Part shown: positions 1-9,627 of the stretch, one piece after another
How the letters are laid out: each line of letters opens with the position of its first letter
Numbering within the stretch: position 1 is the stretch's first letter
Source: an uncultured Acidobacteriota bacterium
GTDB lineage: Bacteria; Acidobacteriota; Thermoanaerobaculia; Multivoradales; JAHEKO01
Assembly (NCBI GenBank): GCA_963713825.1
Contig: CAVQNG010000003.1
Location: 1,120,001-1,184,000, forward strand
Reading direction: 5' to 3'
DNA: 64,000 bases
Position numbers and translations under genes: made by a program
Notes under the pieces: generated by a model
Databases searched by the model: none
What the model was told of the DNA's origin: nothing
Seen by the model: only the letters and a program-made list of their open reading frames with translations

Positions 1-1
1 T

Positions 2-304
2 ACCACCACGATCTCCCTGGGTTGGGCCCCCAATGACAACCCTCTGCCCGGAGATCCGGATCCCAGAGCAGACATGCTGAGCTATCTGCGCGACCAGCAG
101 AGAGCCAGGCCGGATTACTCCGTGGATCAGTTCGTTTCGTCCGAGGAGGCTGGCATCTCGGGTGGTCTCCCTGCTTGGGATCTCGCTCCGGGCACGCTGG
201 GTGGTGGGCAGACCAACGTGATCATGCCGCCGCCACCGACTGCAGCTCCCGCGCCCGCCGAGGGCGGGGGTGGCGGACCAGGTCCGAGCGGGTCTGATCA
301 GTAG
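2..304 (+). CDS. 3' end of a hypothetical protein with a Pro/Gly-rich tail (partial, starts before the window)
   Basis: Frame is open from position 2 (TTTISLGWAPNDNP...) to TAG at 304 and is followed by a terminator-like hairpin. Confidence 0.6.
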   Translation, partial: TTTISLGWAPNDNPLPGDPDPRADMLSYLRDQQRARPDYSVDQFVSSEEAGISGGLPAWDLAPGTLGGGQTNVIMPPPPTAAPAPAEGGGGGPGPSGSDQ

Positions 305-330
305 TAAATCGCAACAAAAGGTATCTTTTC

Positions 331-367
331 GGCCGCAGGTGGGTACAATGCCCTCTGCGGCCTTTTC
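331..367 (+). terminator. Rho-independent terminator-like hairpin; its loop contains TACAAT, a possible -10 box for the riboswitch leader
   Basis: GGCCGCAG...CTGCGGCC followed by TTTTC. Confidence 0.5.
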
Positions 368-397
368 ATTGCGCGAAGGCGCTTCTTTGACAACTCA

Positions 398-632
398 GGC
401 GTGATGGTGACCTCGAGCTATCGGTCAAGTCAGCCGAGCTCGGGTCGAGAGGGAAGCCGGTGAGAAGCCGGCGCGGCCCCCGCCACTGTAACCGGGAACA
501 AAACCGGGAAGCCACTGCACGGAGCTTTCGATCCGCTGCCGGTCGTCGCGAGACGAATCGAGCACAGGGTCTGCCGTGTGGGAAGGCCCGGGAGTAGGGT
601 GATCCGGAAGCCAGGAGACCTGCCACCACGCC
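398..632 (+). promoter_or_regulatory. Cobalamin (AdoCbl) riboswitch
   Basis: GGGAAGCCGGTGAGAAGCCGGCGCGGCCCCCGCCACTGTA (451-490), GCCACTG, GGGAAGG and B12-box AGCCAGGAGACCTGCC. P1 is GGCGTGATGG/CCACCACGCC. It lies upstream of btuB, with a hairpin at 721-748 just before the RBS. Confidence 0.95.
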
Positions 633-766
633 GACGTTCTGCTTTCAGCCAGGTCCAGAGGAGTCTGTGCCGGCTGGTGTTCCCCCGGGGTGAGGGGACG
701 ACGGCGCATCGAGCCTCCGTCGCCCTGCCCTTCCCCAGGGGCAGGGCGTCTTGCATTAGAGGATGC

Positions 767-2581
767 ATGATGCGGAAGTTGCTCGTGCTTTCCGGGATCC
801 TCGGGGGCGTGGTTCCGGTAGTCGCTCAAACCCCACAACCACAACCAACTCTCTTCGAAGAGGTGATCGTCGTGACCGCCACGCTCGACGGCGAGCAGGA
901 GAATGTCGTGCCGGCGGCGGTGAGTGTCATCGAAGCAGCCGAGATCGAGGCCAGGCAGTCGACCGAGGTAGCCGATCTGCTAGCCAGTCTGCCGGGGATG
1001 ACCATCGTCCAATCTGGCTCGCCGGGTCAAGTGACGTCGCTGTTCACCCGCGGCACCAACTCCGATCAGACGCTCGTGCTGTGGAACGGGGTCGAATTGA
1101 ACGATCCCTATTTCGGCGGGTTCAATTGGGCCTTTCTGCCCACCGAAGGTGTAGGACGCGTCGAAGCTGTACGCGGACCCTTCAGCTCGCTGTATGGCGG
1201 CGATGCGGTGGGTGGCGCGGTGCAGATTCTCTCTGCTCCACGGGAGGGGGCCGATCTCCAACTGGAAGGGGGCGAGAACGGCTATTTGCGAGGTCAGGTC
1301 AGCGCCTCGGCAAGTCTTGGGTCGACGCGATTCGATGTGGCAGGGCACGTGCGACGAGGCGACGGCCAGATAGACAACGAATTCTTCGATGGCGAAGCCT
1401 TGATGGCAAGGGCCAACTGGGAGATGCAGCCCGGCATGAGCCTTGGCCTGTTGGTGCGAGCAGCGGATGCCGATACGGGAATTCCCTACAGTGGCGGAGC
1501 TCCGTCTCCAGAGCGACGAATTTCTTGGCAGGAACGATTGGTGGCGGTGCCGTTTCGAGCCGAGCTCGGCAGCTGGCAGGTGCAAGCTCAGGTCTCCGGC
1601 TTGACCTATGACAACCAGTTCCGCGACCCGGAGGATGCCTACGGGTTCACGGCCTCCGATACCGACTCGGAGGCGTTGCGAGCGCGGGCCGTGGCGTCGT
1701 ATCGCCTCGAGGGGGGTTCCTGGCTCGCGATTGGCAGCGAATGGGACAAGGCCCAGGTCAGCGACACGTCGACCTTTGGCACCAATCTGGACGGTGAAAG
1801 CCAGAGTACGCGTGCTCTCTTCGGCGAGGTCTTTTACAGACTGGGCAGGGTGACCTTCGACGCGGGCGTCCGGCAAGACGACAACGATGTCTATGGCTCG
1901 AAGACCAGCCCCCGAATGGGCGTTCAATTGGAGGCGACCGACAGCACCCGCCTGCGTGCTTCGTGGGGTCAAGCGTTCAGTCCCCCTTCCATCGGTGAGC
2001 TCTACTTTCCTGTGAGCGGCAATCCAGACCTCGAGCCCGAGACCAGCGAGAGCGTGGAATTGGGCATCGAGCAGAGGGTCGGTGGTTGGGTCCTGGGCCT
2101 GACTGGTTTTCAGAACGAGCTGTCCAACCTCATCGAGTTCGACTTCGCCTCCTACCGGAACGTCAATGTCGGGCGGGCGCGAACCCAGGGTGTCGAGTTG
2201 GAAGCGGGTTTCCTCAAAGGTAGCTGGCGGGTGCGCTGGAACGGGACCTATCTGGAGACCGAAGACCTGGATACCGAGCAGGTGCTGCTGCGTCGCCCGA
2301 GCGAGAGCTCCAATCTGGTCGTGGCCTACGCGCCCGAGAATTGGTCCACCAGCTTGACCGGGCTCTACGTCGGAGACAGGGAAGATGTCGATCCGATCAC
2401 GTTTCAACGCACAGTCAACGAGGCTTACTTCCGTCTCGATGTGGCGGCCCGGTGGCGGCCCGGGACTCGACTCGCTCCCTACGCCCGAATCGAGAATCTA
2501 CTGGGCGAGGACTATCAGCCGGCGCTCGGCTTCCCGGCGCCTGGGCGGACTTTTGTCGTCGGAATAGCGACAAGACTATGA
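767..2581 (+). CDS. btuB: TonB-dependent vitamin B12 receptor
   Basis: Signal peptide, TonB box (EEVIVVTAT), plug motifs (FTRGTNSDQTLVL, RVEAVRGPFSSLYGGDAVGG), barrel end (RIENLLGEDY...PGRTF); downstream of the B12 riboswitch. Confidence 0.9.
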   Translation: MMRKLLVLSGILGGVVPVVAQTPQPQPTLFEEVIVVTATLDGEQENVVPAAVSVIEAAEIEARQSTEVADLLASLPGMTIVQSGSPGQVTSLFTRGTNSDQTLVLWNGVELNDPYFGGFNWAFLPTEGVGRVEAVRGPFSSLYGGDAVGGAVQILSAPREGADLQLEGGENGYLRGQVSASASLGSTRFDVAGHVRRGDGQIDNEFFDGEALMARANWEMQPGMSLGLLVRAADADTGIPYSGGAPSPERRISWQERLVAVPFRAELGSWQVQAQVSGLTYDNQFRDPEDAYGFTASDTDSEALRARAVASYRLEGGSWLAIGSEWDKAQVSDTSTFGTNLDGESQSTRALFGEVFYRLGRVTFDAGVRQDDNDVYGSKTSPRMGVQLEATDSTRLRASWGQAFSPPSIGELYFPVSGNPDLEPETSESVELGIEQRVGGWVLGLTGFQNELSNLIEFDFASYRNVNVGRARTQGVELEAGFLKGSWRVRWNGTYLETEDLDTEQVLLRRPSESSNLVVAYAPENWSTSLTGLYVGDREDVDPITFQRTVNEAYFRLDVAARWRPGTRLAPYARIENLLGEDYQPALGFPAPGRTFVVGIATRL

Positions 2582-3456
2582 TGAGCCGATCTTCCGTAGG
2601 TAACGCCTTGTTGAGTGTGGTGAGCTCGATTCTTGTGCTCTTCGTTCTGGCCTGTGGGCGCGAGGAGAGTGTCCCGGAGCCGTCTCAGGCCGCGCGGATC
2701 ATCGCCTTGGCACCCGGCATAACGGAGACTCTGTACGAGTTGGGGCTCGAAGACCGAGTCGTCGGAGTTGGCGACTACAGCTCATGGCCACCCGAAGTGG
2801 GGCAGAAGCCGAAGCTCGGCGGCCTCTTCGATGCCCGACTGGAGACCATCACGGCGCTGCAGCCGGATCTGGCGATCCTCCTGCCAAGCGAGGAGAAGCT
2901 CCGGGTACAGCTCGAACGCCTGGGTGTGGAGGTGCTGACCGTGCGCAGTGAAACCCTGGCCGAGGTGGAGTCGATGATCGGCACCATCGCGGCGCGCTGT
3001 GGGGTCGTCGAGCAGGGAATCGCGGCCCAAGAGAGATGGCGACAGGGTCTTACTTCCGATCCCATTCCGGGGAGTCCGAAGATCTTGCTGTCGGTGGGTC
3101 GGGACCGCGGCAGGATGGCCGACGTCCTGGTCAGCGGCCCCGGCACCCACCTGGATGAGCTGCTTGGACTGCTGGGAGTCGTCAATGCCTTCGCCGATGC
3201 CCCGATGGACTATCCGCAGGTGGGTCTCGAAGAGATCCTGCAGCGCCAGGCGGATGTCGTCATCGACCTGCAGCCGTCGCCGGGCTCCTACGAAGAGCTC
3301 ACCCTGGATTGGCAAGATCTGCAGAGCCGGACCGAGATGGCTCCAGCGTGCGCACGCGTCGTGGCGGGAGACCATGTCCTGGTGCCCGGGCCACGGCTCC
3401 CGAGGCTGTATCAGGAGCTGCGCGAGGCCATTCTGTCCTGTGGTGAACAGCCGTGA
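2578..3456 (+). CDS. btuF: Cobalamin ABC transporter substrate-binding lipoprotein
   Basis: LAC lipobox; RIIALAPGITETLYELG...VVGV motif; overlaps the btuB stop. Confidence 0.85.
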   Translation: MMSRSSVGNALLSVVSSILVLFVLACGREESVPEPSQAARIIALAPGITETLYELGLEDRVVGVGDYSSWPPEVGQKPKLGGLFDARLETITALQPDLAILLPSEEKLRVQLERLGVEVLTVRSETLAEVESMIGTIAARCGVVEQGIAAQERWRQGLTSDPIPGSPKILLSVGRDRGRMADVLVSGPGTHLDELLGLLGVVNAFADAPMDYPQVGLEEILQRQADVVIDLQPSPGSYEELTLDWQDLQSRTEMAPACARVVAGDHVLVPGPRLPRLYQELREAILSCGEQP

Positions 3457-4241
3457 CAGACAGGGCGCTACTGACGGCCCGTGGCCTCGGCTGGAAGGTC
3501 GACGGCCACTCGATTCTCGAGGGCCTGGACCAGAGTGTCGTCGCGGGCGAGTGTTTGGCTGTCGTCGGACCCAACGGCGCCGGGAAGACCACACTGTTGC
3601 GTCTGTTGGTCGGTTTGCTCGAACCCTCGAGCGGGTCACTGGCCTGGGGAGGGATACCCTACTCGGACCTTTCCCGCCGCGAGCTCGCGCAGCGGATTGC
3701 CTACGTCCCCCAGAGTCATCCACTGAGGATTCCCCTGACGGTGGAACAGATGGTGCTCCTAGGACGATATCCGTATCTGTCGGCCTTGAGAATCGCACCT
3801 CGTGAGGGGGACTATGAGGCGGTGGGCAGGGCGCTCGAGCTGGCGGGGATCGAAACGCTTCGTCAGCGTCCATTGGCAGAGCTCTCGGGCGGCGAGCGGC
3901 AGTCGGTGTACATCGCCTCCGCTTTGGCACAGGAAGCGGAGCTCATGGTCCTCGATGAGCCGACGACCCACCTGGATCCCCTCCACCAGCGAGAGATTGC
4001 TGCGCTGCTGGGCCGGCTCAACCAGCAGGCCGGTTTGAGTGTAGTCGTGGCAACCCACGATCTGAATTTCGCCTCGCTCCTCGCCAATCGCATCCTGGCC
4101 CTGCGAGACGGGGCCGCGGTGGCCTGTGAGACGCCGGCCGAGATGCTGCGCGCCGCCAGACTGACTGAGGTCTTCGGCGCGCCGTTCTCTGTGGTCCGTG
4201 GAGGAGAGCGGCCTCTGACCCTTCTGGAGTGGGAGTCGTGA
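3453..4241 (+). CDS. btuD: Cobalamin/iron-chelate ABC transporter ATP-binding protein
   Basis: Walker A GPNGAGKT, signature LSGGERQ, Walker B LDEPT, H-loop. Confidence 0.85.
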   Translation: MTDRALLTARGLGWKVDGHSILEGLDQSVVAGECLAVVGPNGAGKTTLLRLLVGLLEPSSGSLAWGGIPYSDLSRRELAQRIAYVPQSHPLRIPLTVEQMVLLGRYPYLSALRIAPREGDYEAVGRALELAGIETLRQRPLAELSGGERQSVYIASALAQEAELMVLDEPTTHLDPLHQREIAALLGRLNQQAGLSVVVATHDLNFASLLANRILALRDGAAVACETPAEMLRAARLTEVFGAPFSVVRGGERPLTLLEWES

Positions 4242-5212
4242 AGTCGCGCCAGGTGCTGCTGGCGCTGACTGTCCTCTGGTTGGCGACGCTAGTGGCTGCG
4301 CCGTTGCTGGGCAGCCGGATTCTGACCTTGGGAGACCTGCTCTCGGGAGACCCGACCGTCGGCACGATCTTCTGGAGCCTGCGGGTACCTCGGGTGTTGC
4401 TCGCCATGCTGGCGGGAGGCGCCCTCGCGATCTCAGGCCTTGCTCTGCAAACCCTGTTTCGCAATCCGCTTGCCGAGCCCTACACCTTGGGCATCGCGGG
4501 CGGCGCGGCCCTGGGTGCGGTCCTGGCGCTGCAGATCGACGGATTCGGGCAGGCGCTGGGATTTCCTGCCGTGGCGGTCGCGAGCTTTGTTGGTGCACTG
4601 GCTGTCTCGGCGGCGATTCTCGGCCTGGCAATGAGTGGCTACACGAGGGAGACCTCCACGCTGCTGCTCGCCGGCATTGCCATCTCCTTGTCCTGCTCGG
4701 CCCTGGTGTTGTTTGTCCAGTACCTGGCCGATTTCACCAAGACCTTCCGAATGGTGCGATGGATGATGGGGGGTCTGTCGGTGGTGGGCTATGGCGAAGT
4801 GCTCTGGCTGCTCCCATGGACGATCCTGGGTCTGGTGACCCTGTTGTTGTTGCGGTGGGACTTGAACCTGCTGCTCACGGGCGAAGAGTTGGCGGTAAGC
4901 CGAGGCGTCGATCTCAAGAGGCTGAGAATCGTGGTGCTGGGAGTTACCTCGGCGATGGTCGGCGCGCTGGTCGCGGTAGCGGGGCCGATCGGCTTCGTCG
5001 GTCTCATCGTGCCCCACATCCTGCGTCGCTGGGTGGGGCCGGATCACTTGGTCTTGATTCCGGCTTGCCTCTTGGGAGGAGGAGCATTCCTCGCCATCTG
5101 TGACCTGGGGGCTCGCACCATCATGGCCCCGGCCGAGCTTCCCGTCGGTGTGCTGACCGCACTGCTCGGTGGCCCGTTCTTTCTGTGGCTGCTCATCGCC
5201 GGACGGCGATGA
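4238..5212 (+). CDS. btuC: Cobalamin/iron-chelate ABC transporter permease (FecCD family)
   Basis: RVPRVLLA, LQTLFRNPLAEP, GPIGFVGLIVPHI, ELPVGVLTALLGGPFFLWLL. Confidence 0.85.
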   Translation: MKSRQVLLALTVLWLATLVAAPLLGSRILTLGDLLSGDPTVGTIFWSLRVPRVLLAMLAGGALAISGLALQTLFRNPLAEPYTLGIAGGAALGAVLALQIDGFGQALGFPAVAVASFVGALAVSAAILGLAMSGYTRETSTLLLAGIAISLSCSALVLFVQYLADFTKTFRMVRWMMGGLSVVGYGEVLWLLPWTILGLVTLLLLRWDLNLLLTGEELAVSRGVDLKRLRIVVLGVTSAMVGALVAVAGPIGFVGLIVPHILRRWVGPDHLVLIPACLLGGGAFLAICDLGARTIMAPAELPVGVLTALLGGPFFLWLLIAGRR

Positions 5213-5219
5213 GCAGCCA

Positions 5220-5655
5220 GGGTTGAGGCGCCCGGACTTCGTCCGGCCGATCCTTGAGGGCTTGAGGCTGAGGCGTCCGGCTCTCCGCCAGACGTTCTTT
5301 GGGGGCTTGGGGATTGAGACGGCCGATCGACCCAGGGATCTCCCTCGTCTGCGGCCTCACCCGACCATGCCCCTCCGACGAGGGAGACCCATGGTCCGAT
5401 CTACCACCTTCGAGACACAGCAAGAATGGGAGTGCTAGCTCGCCCCCTACGCCCCTAAGCCCTTGTTACCTTCATCGGTGCTAGAGGTTCGTTCGGGTGG
5501 TTCGACAGGGGGCGCCGAGTCGAGCGCAGCGCAAGGTCCTTGATAGGGCACTGGAGATGGGGCGCGATGATGAGACGAGGTGGCGGCCTGCCCGTCGAAG
5601 TTTGAGTAGCCGTCGCCGTCCGCCTGCGGACCACCCGGACGGACCTCCGCAAGGT
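5220..5655. repeat. Modular structured intergenic repeat, copy 1
   Basis: 5310-5364 and 5447-5650 match 16028-16080 and 16081-16335; 5220-5318 matches 16355-16453 in inverted orientation. Confidence 0.85.
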
Positions 5656-5723
5656 GATGGTCAGATGCCCTGGTCCAGCAAGTGGCGGAACTGGCGGCCG
5701 AGGTACTCGGATAAAATCGACGC

Positions 5724-6497
5724 ATGTTGCTCTACCGAGTCGGCCCCGAGGGTTACTACGCTGTGGCTACGGACGAGGGTGCGCTCAGAGTCCTCTACTC
5801 GGATCCCTACGAGGTCGATCCGGCCGAGTGGGAGGTGGGCCGGAAGCTCGAGGTCGATCCGACAGGGCTGCTGGCGCCGGTCGTACCGAGCAAGGTCCTG
5901 GGAATCGGTAGAAACTACGTTCAACACGCCAAGGAGCTCGGAAATCCTGTCCCCGACGAGCCGCTCCTGTTCCTGAAAGCGCCGTCGTCACTGATCGGGC
6001 CGGGTGCTGCAGTGATCCTGCCTCCGGAGAGTGAGCGGGTAGAGTTCGAAGGCGAAATTGCTGTCGTGCTGAGGCAGCGGCTCTGCAGGGCATCTGCCGA
6101 CGAGGCTCGCGCGGCGATTCTGGGGGTGACCTGCGCCTGTGACGTCACGGCTCGGGACCTCCAGCGCCGGGACGCCACTTTTGCCAGGGGCAAGTCCTTC
6201 GACACCTTCTGCCCCATCGGGCCGGCCTTGATGCTGGATCCCGACCTGGAGGACCTGGCCGTCGAGACCCGGGTCAACGGTGAAGTTCGACAGCAGGGGA
6301 GCACGACCGAAATGATCTGGGGCGTCGTGGAGCTGCTGGTCTACGCTTCGCAAATGATGACCCTGGAAGCTGGCGACGTCATTCTCACCGGGACGCCCGA
6401 AGGAGTTGGGCCGCTCGCTCCCGGTGACCGTCTGGCGGTCGAAGTCAGTGGGGTGGGTGTCCTCGAGAACCGGATCGAGGCTTGGAGGCAACCATGA
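5724..6497 (+). CDS. Fumarylacetoacetate hydrolase family protein
   Basis: IGRNYVQH, PLLFLKAPSS, FEGEIAVV, DVTARDLQ, GKSFDTFCPIGP, GDVILTGTPEGVG. Confidence 0.92.
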   Translation: MLLYRVGPEGYYAVATDEGALRVLYSDPYEVDPAEWEVGRKLEVDPTGLLAPVVPSKVLGIGRNYVQHAKELGNPVPDEPLLFLKAPSSLIGPGAAVILPPESERVEFEGEIAVVLRQRLCRASADEARAAILGVTCACDVTARDLQRRDATFARGKSFDTFCPIGPALMLDPDLEDLAVETRVNGEVRQQGSTTEMIWGVVELLVYASQMMTLEAGDVILTGTPEGVGPLAPGDRLAVEVSGVGVLENRIEAWRQP

Positions 6498-6670
6498 TTC
6501 GGCACTTCGCGATCCCACTGGTGGCTGGCATCGTCGTGATGCTCGGGCTGGTTGTGTGGAGAGGCTTCTTTTGGCAGCATGCCGCCATCATCGGCCTGGC
6601 AGTCGCGGCGCTGGTCTACTCGGCGCGCGGAACGATGCAACGATTGCGTGAGATATATAGGAGGGACTAG
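6494..6670 (+). CDS. Small two-TM membrane protein
   Basis: GGAGG RBS; ATGA overlap with the FAH gene stop; two hydrophobic segments. Confidence 0.6.
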   Translation: MIRHFAIPLVAGIVVMLGLVVWRGFFWQHAAIIGLAVAALVYSARGTMQRLREIYRRD

Positions 6671-6819
6671 CCTCTCAGCCGGCGCCACGGAAACAGGGCG
6701 AGAGCAGCAGCGAGTAGCAGGTACACCGCGCCTCCGAAGCTCCAGCCGGTGAAGAGCAGGATGAGCCAGGCGGAGAGCAGGGCGCTCGAGATCACGGCTC
6801 TGACAGCTGGGGAAGGCAC
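6667..6819 (-). CDS. Small membrane protein, 50 aa (resembles the lmo0937/DUF5670 type)
   Basis: Manual translation: MPSPAVRAVISSALLSAWLILLFTGWSFGGAVYLLLAAALALFPWRRLRG*; below the ORF-track size cutoff. Confidence 0.55.
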   Translation of the reverse strand: MPSPAVRAVISSALLSAWLILLFTGWSFGGAVYLLLAAALALFPWRRLRG

Positions 6820-6862
6820 GGCGAATCAGATTAGCACACGGTTTGGATGGAGGAGAGTACCG

Positions 6863-7321
6863 ATGAGGCTGGTTGGAATCATGCTGTTGAGTCTGCTGGC
6901 CGTGGGAGCCTGCGGCAAGGGTAGGTCGTCTGACAGCGGCGAGTCGAAACCGCTGGAAACGGTCGACGTGGATGAGGGGCCCGAAGCGGGCTTGACTACC
7001 GAGAACGACGGTTTTGCTGCTCCTCGGCCAACGCAGGAGATGGCCGGTATCTTGCCCTCGGATTTCCCTTCCGACATACCGGTCTTCTCGCCTTCGAGTC
7101 TGGTGGATTTCGGCAGTCCAGGTGTCGAGCGCTATGTCGAGCTCGACACTCCGGCGCCCATTCAGGGAGTTCGCGCGTCGCTCGAAGCACAGCTGGCCAG
7201 TGCCGGGTGGAGTGGCTCGGGCCCGGGCGAGGAAACTCTGCTCTTCAGCAAAGCCGGTCGCCAGCTGCGGGTGGTTCTCGAGGACCTGTCTGCGGGCACC
7301 CGAATCCGCTATGAGTACTGA
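6863..7321 (+). CDS. Hypothetical lipoprotein
   Basis: GGAGGAG RBS; lipobox VGAC; LPSDFPSDIPVF motif. Confidence 0.7.
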   Translation: MRLVGIMLLSLLAVGACGKGRSSDSGESKPLETVDVDEGPEAGLTTENDGFAAPRPTQEMAGILPSDFPSDIPVFSPSSLVDFGSPGVERYVELDTPAPIQGVRASLEAQLASAGWSGSGPGEETLLFSKAGRQLRVVLEDLSAGTRIRYEY

Positions 7322-7484
7322 CCTGGAAGAGCCCGGAATCTGTTGAAAAGGGAGAGTGGGGATTGCTACACTACGCCGGCTCCGAGTGGAGCCAGCTCGC
7401 GCCGGGGAGAGGGGTGGATTGCGGACCGTTTCGAGCTGCTGATTCCTTGACAGAGCAGTCGGTCCTTCAAGAGTTCCGGAGCCC

Positions 7485-7730
7485 ATGAGCAAACGGCGAG
7501 CGTCGACACGGTTGGCCGGACTCGGGTTCGAGCTGGCAGGTGCAGTCGCCGGCTTCGCCCTGGTGGGCTACTGGGTTGGCAAGTACTACGGTAACCCAGA
7601 GCTCGGGCTATTGATCGGGTCCCTGTTGGGGCTGTTGGGTGGAATGTACAATCTCATTCGCGTCACCCTGGCCTCGCAGCGTGACTCGACAGCGCGAGAG
7701 CGGAAATCGGACAGCCAATCGGATGCCTGA
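7485..7730 (+). CDS. AtpZ/AtpI family protein
   Basis: GLGFELAGAVAG..GYWVGK..G two-TM pattern; first gene of the atp operon. Confidence 0.8.
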   Translation: MSKRRASTRLAGLGFELAGAVAGFALVGYWVGKYYGNPELGLLIGSLLGLLGGMYNLIRVTLASQRDSTARERKSDSQSDA

Positions 7731-8130
7731 GGCCGGACGGTCGACAGCGAGTCGGTCCTACGCGCAGTTCGTGCTGCTGCTGGTGGTAGTGGTGGCGGGG
7801 TTGCTGGCCATCGGGTGGCTGCCGACGCGCAACCTGGGCGGGTCCGAAGCGGTCTCCGGAATGCTCTGGGGTTGTGGCTTGAGCCTGCTGGCTTCCATCG
7901 TCGGTGGCCTGCCGCAGGTCGCGTTCGGAGGCCGGGCACCGCGAGACCAGGGCATTGCCGCCCTGTTGTCGCTGGCGATCAGGATGGGACTGACACTCAT
8001 GGGAGCCCTGGTCGCGGTGTTGACGGGTCTGGTGGCTCCGCAGGCGTTCTTGCTCTGGGTAGGAATCAGTTACGTAAGTCTTCTGGTGGTGGATGTGCTG
8101 TTCGTCTTGGCCACTACCCGAGAGAAATAG
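7723..8130 (+). CDS. atpI: ATP synthase protein I-like four-TM protein
   Basis: Four hydrophobic helices; position between the atpZ-like gene and atpB. Confidence 0.6.
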   Translation: MPEAGRSTASRSYAQFVLLLVVVVAGLLAIGWLPTRNLGGSEAVSGMLWGCGLSLLASIVGGLPQVAFGGRAPRDQGIAALLSLAIRMGLTLMGALVAVLTGLVAPQAFLLWVGISYVSLLVVDVLFVLATTREK

Positions 8131-8147
8131 GTGAGGCAGAATCGATC

Positions 8148-9011
8148 ATGTCAACCGGTTCGAATCCACTAAGTCACGTCGTTCAGCACCCCATCAAGAC
8201 GGTGCCAGCCGATCTGGGACCGTTGACTCCGCAAGGAGAGATCACGGTGATGAGCGATCAGATCGCCATGATTCTCGGGGCGGGCCTGTTGCTCATGGTG
8301 TTTTTGCCGCTCCTGTTGCGGCGCCGGGATGACTCATCGCTGGAGAGCATGGTTCCGACCGGCTTCGCCAATGTGATCGAGACCATCTGCCAGTATCTGC
8401 GTCAGGAAGTGGCCGAGCCGGCCCTCGGGCCCTACACCGATCGCTTCATCAAGTACATCTGGAGCGTCTTCTTCTTCATCCTGACCATGAATCTTCTGGG
8501 GCTGATGCCCATTCCGGCAGTCACCTCGTTGGTCGGCCGCTGGCCGATCGGTGGCACTGCGACCTCGAATATCTGGGTCACGGGCACGCTGGCCATCACC
8601 ACGCTGATCATGATGGTCTTCAATGGCCTGCGGATCGGAGGCAAGGACTATCTGGCCCACCTCTGCCCGGGTCCGCTCTGGTTGGCACCGATCCTGGTGC
8701 CGGTCGAGTTGCTGGGGATGCTCGCCAAGACCTTTGCCCTGGCGGTGCGGCTTTTCGCCAACATGGTGGCTGGTCACACCCTGTTGGCAGTCTTGTTGGG
8801 TTTCATCCTGAGTGCTGGCGCCGCTGCAGGGGCCGCTGTTGGGTTTGCGGTCGCCGTACCGGTCGTGCTGGGAAGTGTCGCCATCAGCATGCTCGAGATC
8901 TTCGTCGCCTTTTTGCAGGCGTTCATCTTTACCTTCTTGACGACGTTGTTTATCGGCATGTCCATCGTCTTCCACCACGACGAGGAGCATCATGAAGAGG
9001 CGCACGTCTAG
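8148..9011 (+). CDS. atpB: ATP synthase Fo subunit a
   Basis: NLLGLMP, ALAVRLFANMVAGH (essential Arg), EIFVAFLQAFIFTFLT. Confidence 0.95.
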   Translation: MSTGSNPLSHVVQHPIKTVPADLGPLTPQGEITVMSDQIAMILGAGLLLMVFLPLLLRRRDDSSLESMVPTGFANVIETICQYLRQEVAEPALGPYTDRFIKYIWSVFFFILTMNLLGLMPIPAVTSLVGRWPIGGTATSNIWVTGTLAITTLIMMVFNGLRIGGKDYLAHLCPGPLWLAPILVPVELLGMLAKTFALAVRLFANMVAGHTLLAVLLGFILSAGAAAGAAVGFAVAVPVVLGSVAISMLEIFVAFLQAFIFTFLTTLFIGMSIVFHHDEEHHEEAHV

Positions 9012-9170
9012 ATTCGTTGGGCGTCCGCAGAATTGATAGGAGCAATGACACACTTCGCCAGGCCCGATGGACAAGCGGGGGTTCCGGGCACAAGCGCCTG
9101 TCGGCGCTGGCGATAGCGAACCGGCGACCGTCCCCGCACGGTCGTCAAAGTAACGAGGGGAACGTTTCCA

Positions 9171-9506
9171 ATGAGTAAAAGGTTCTCGAAAATTGCGCTG
9201 GGTCTGATGATTGCCGGGCTCGTTCTGATGTTCACTCCGGCAGCCTGGGCCGCAGATGGCGGTGAAGCAGGTGCGACGTTCTTGACGACGGACGGTGCCC
9301 GCAAGCTGGGTGGCGCCATCGGTGCCGGCCTGGTCATCATGGGTGGCGCCGCGGGTATCTCAAGAATCGGTGCCAGCGCCGTAGAGTCGATGGCCCGCCA
9401 GCCGGAAGCCGCCGGCCAGATCAACACTGCCATGATCATCACCGCGGCACTGATCGAAGGTGCGACCCTGTTCGCGGTCGTGGTGACGCTACTCGCTGTC
9501 TTCTAG
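9171..9506 (+). CDS. atpE: ATP synthase Fo subunit c with N-terminal signal-like extension
   Basis: GAIGAG..G..G motif, ARQPE loop, AALIEG carboxylate. Confidence 0.95.
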   Translation: MSKRFSKIALGLMIAGLVLMFTPAAWAADGGEAGATFLTTDGARKLGGAIGAGLVIMGGAAGISRIGASAVESMARQPEAAGQINTAMIITAALIEGATLFAVVVTLLAVF

Positions 9507-9627
9507 TTCGAGTGGCAGAGCAGCCGAATGGCTGGTGGCAAGCTCGAGGCAATCGGCTTGGGCCCGGGGTCGGGTCGAGCGAGGTCTTCTCGGGCGAGAG
9601 CCAGCCGGTATGTGAGGTGATACGACC

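Noticed and set aside
980-2407. Long antisense or alternative-frame ORFs (e.g. 980-2407, 13693-14895, 17617-18987, 49030-50529, 54340-55833, 60207-61916)
   Set aside because: They are shadow ORFs of recognizable genes in GC-rich DNA and carry no motifs.
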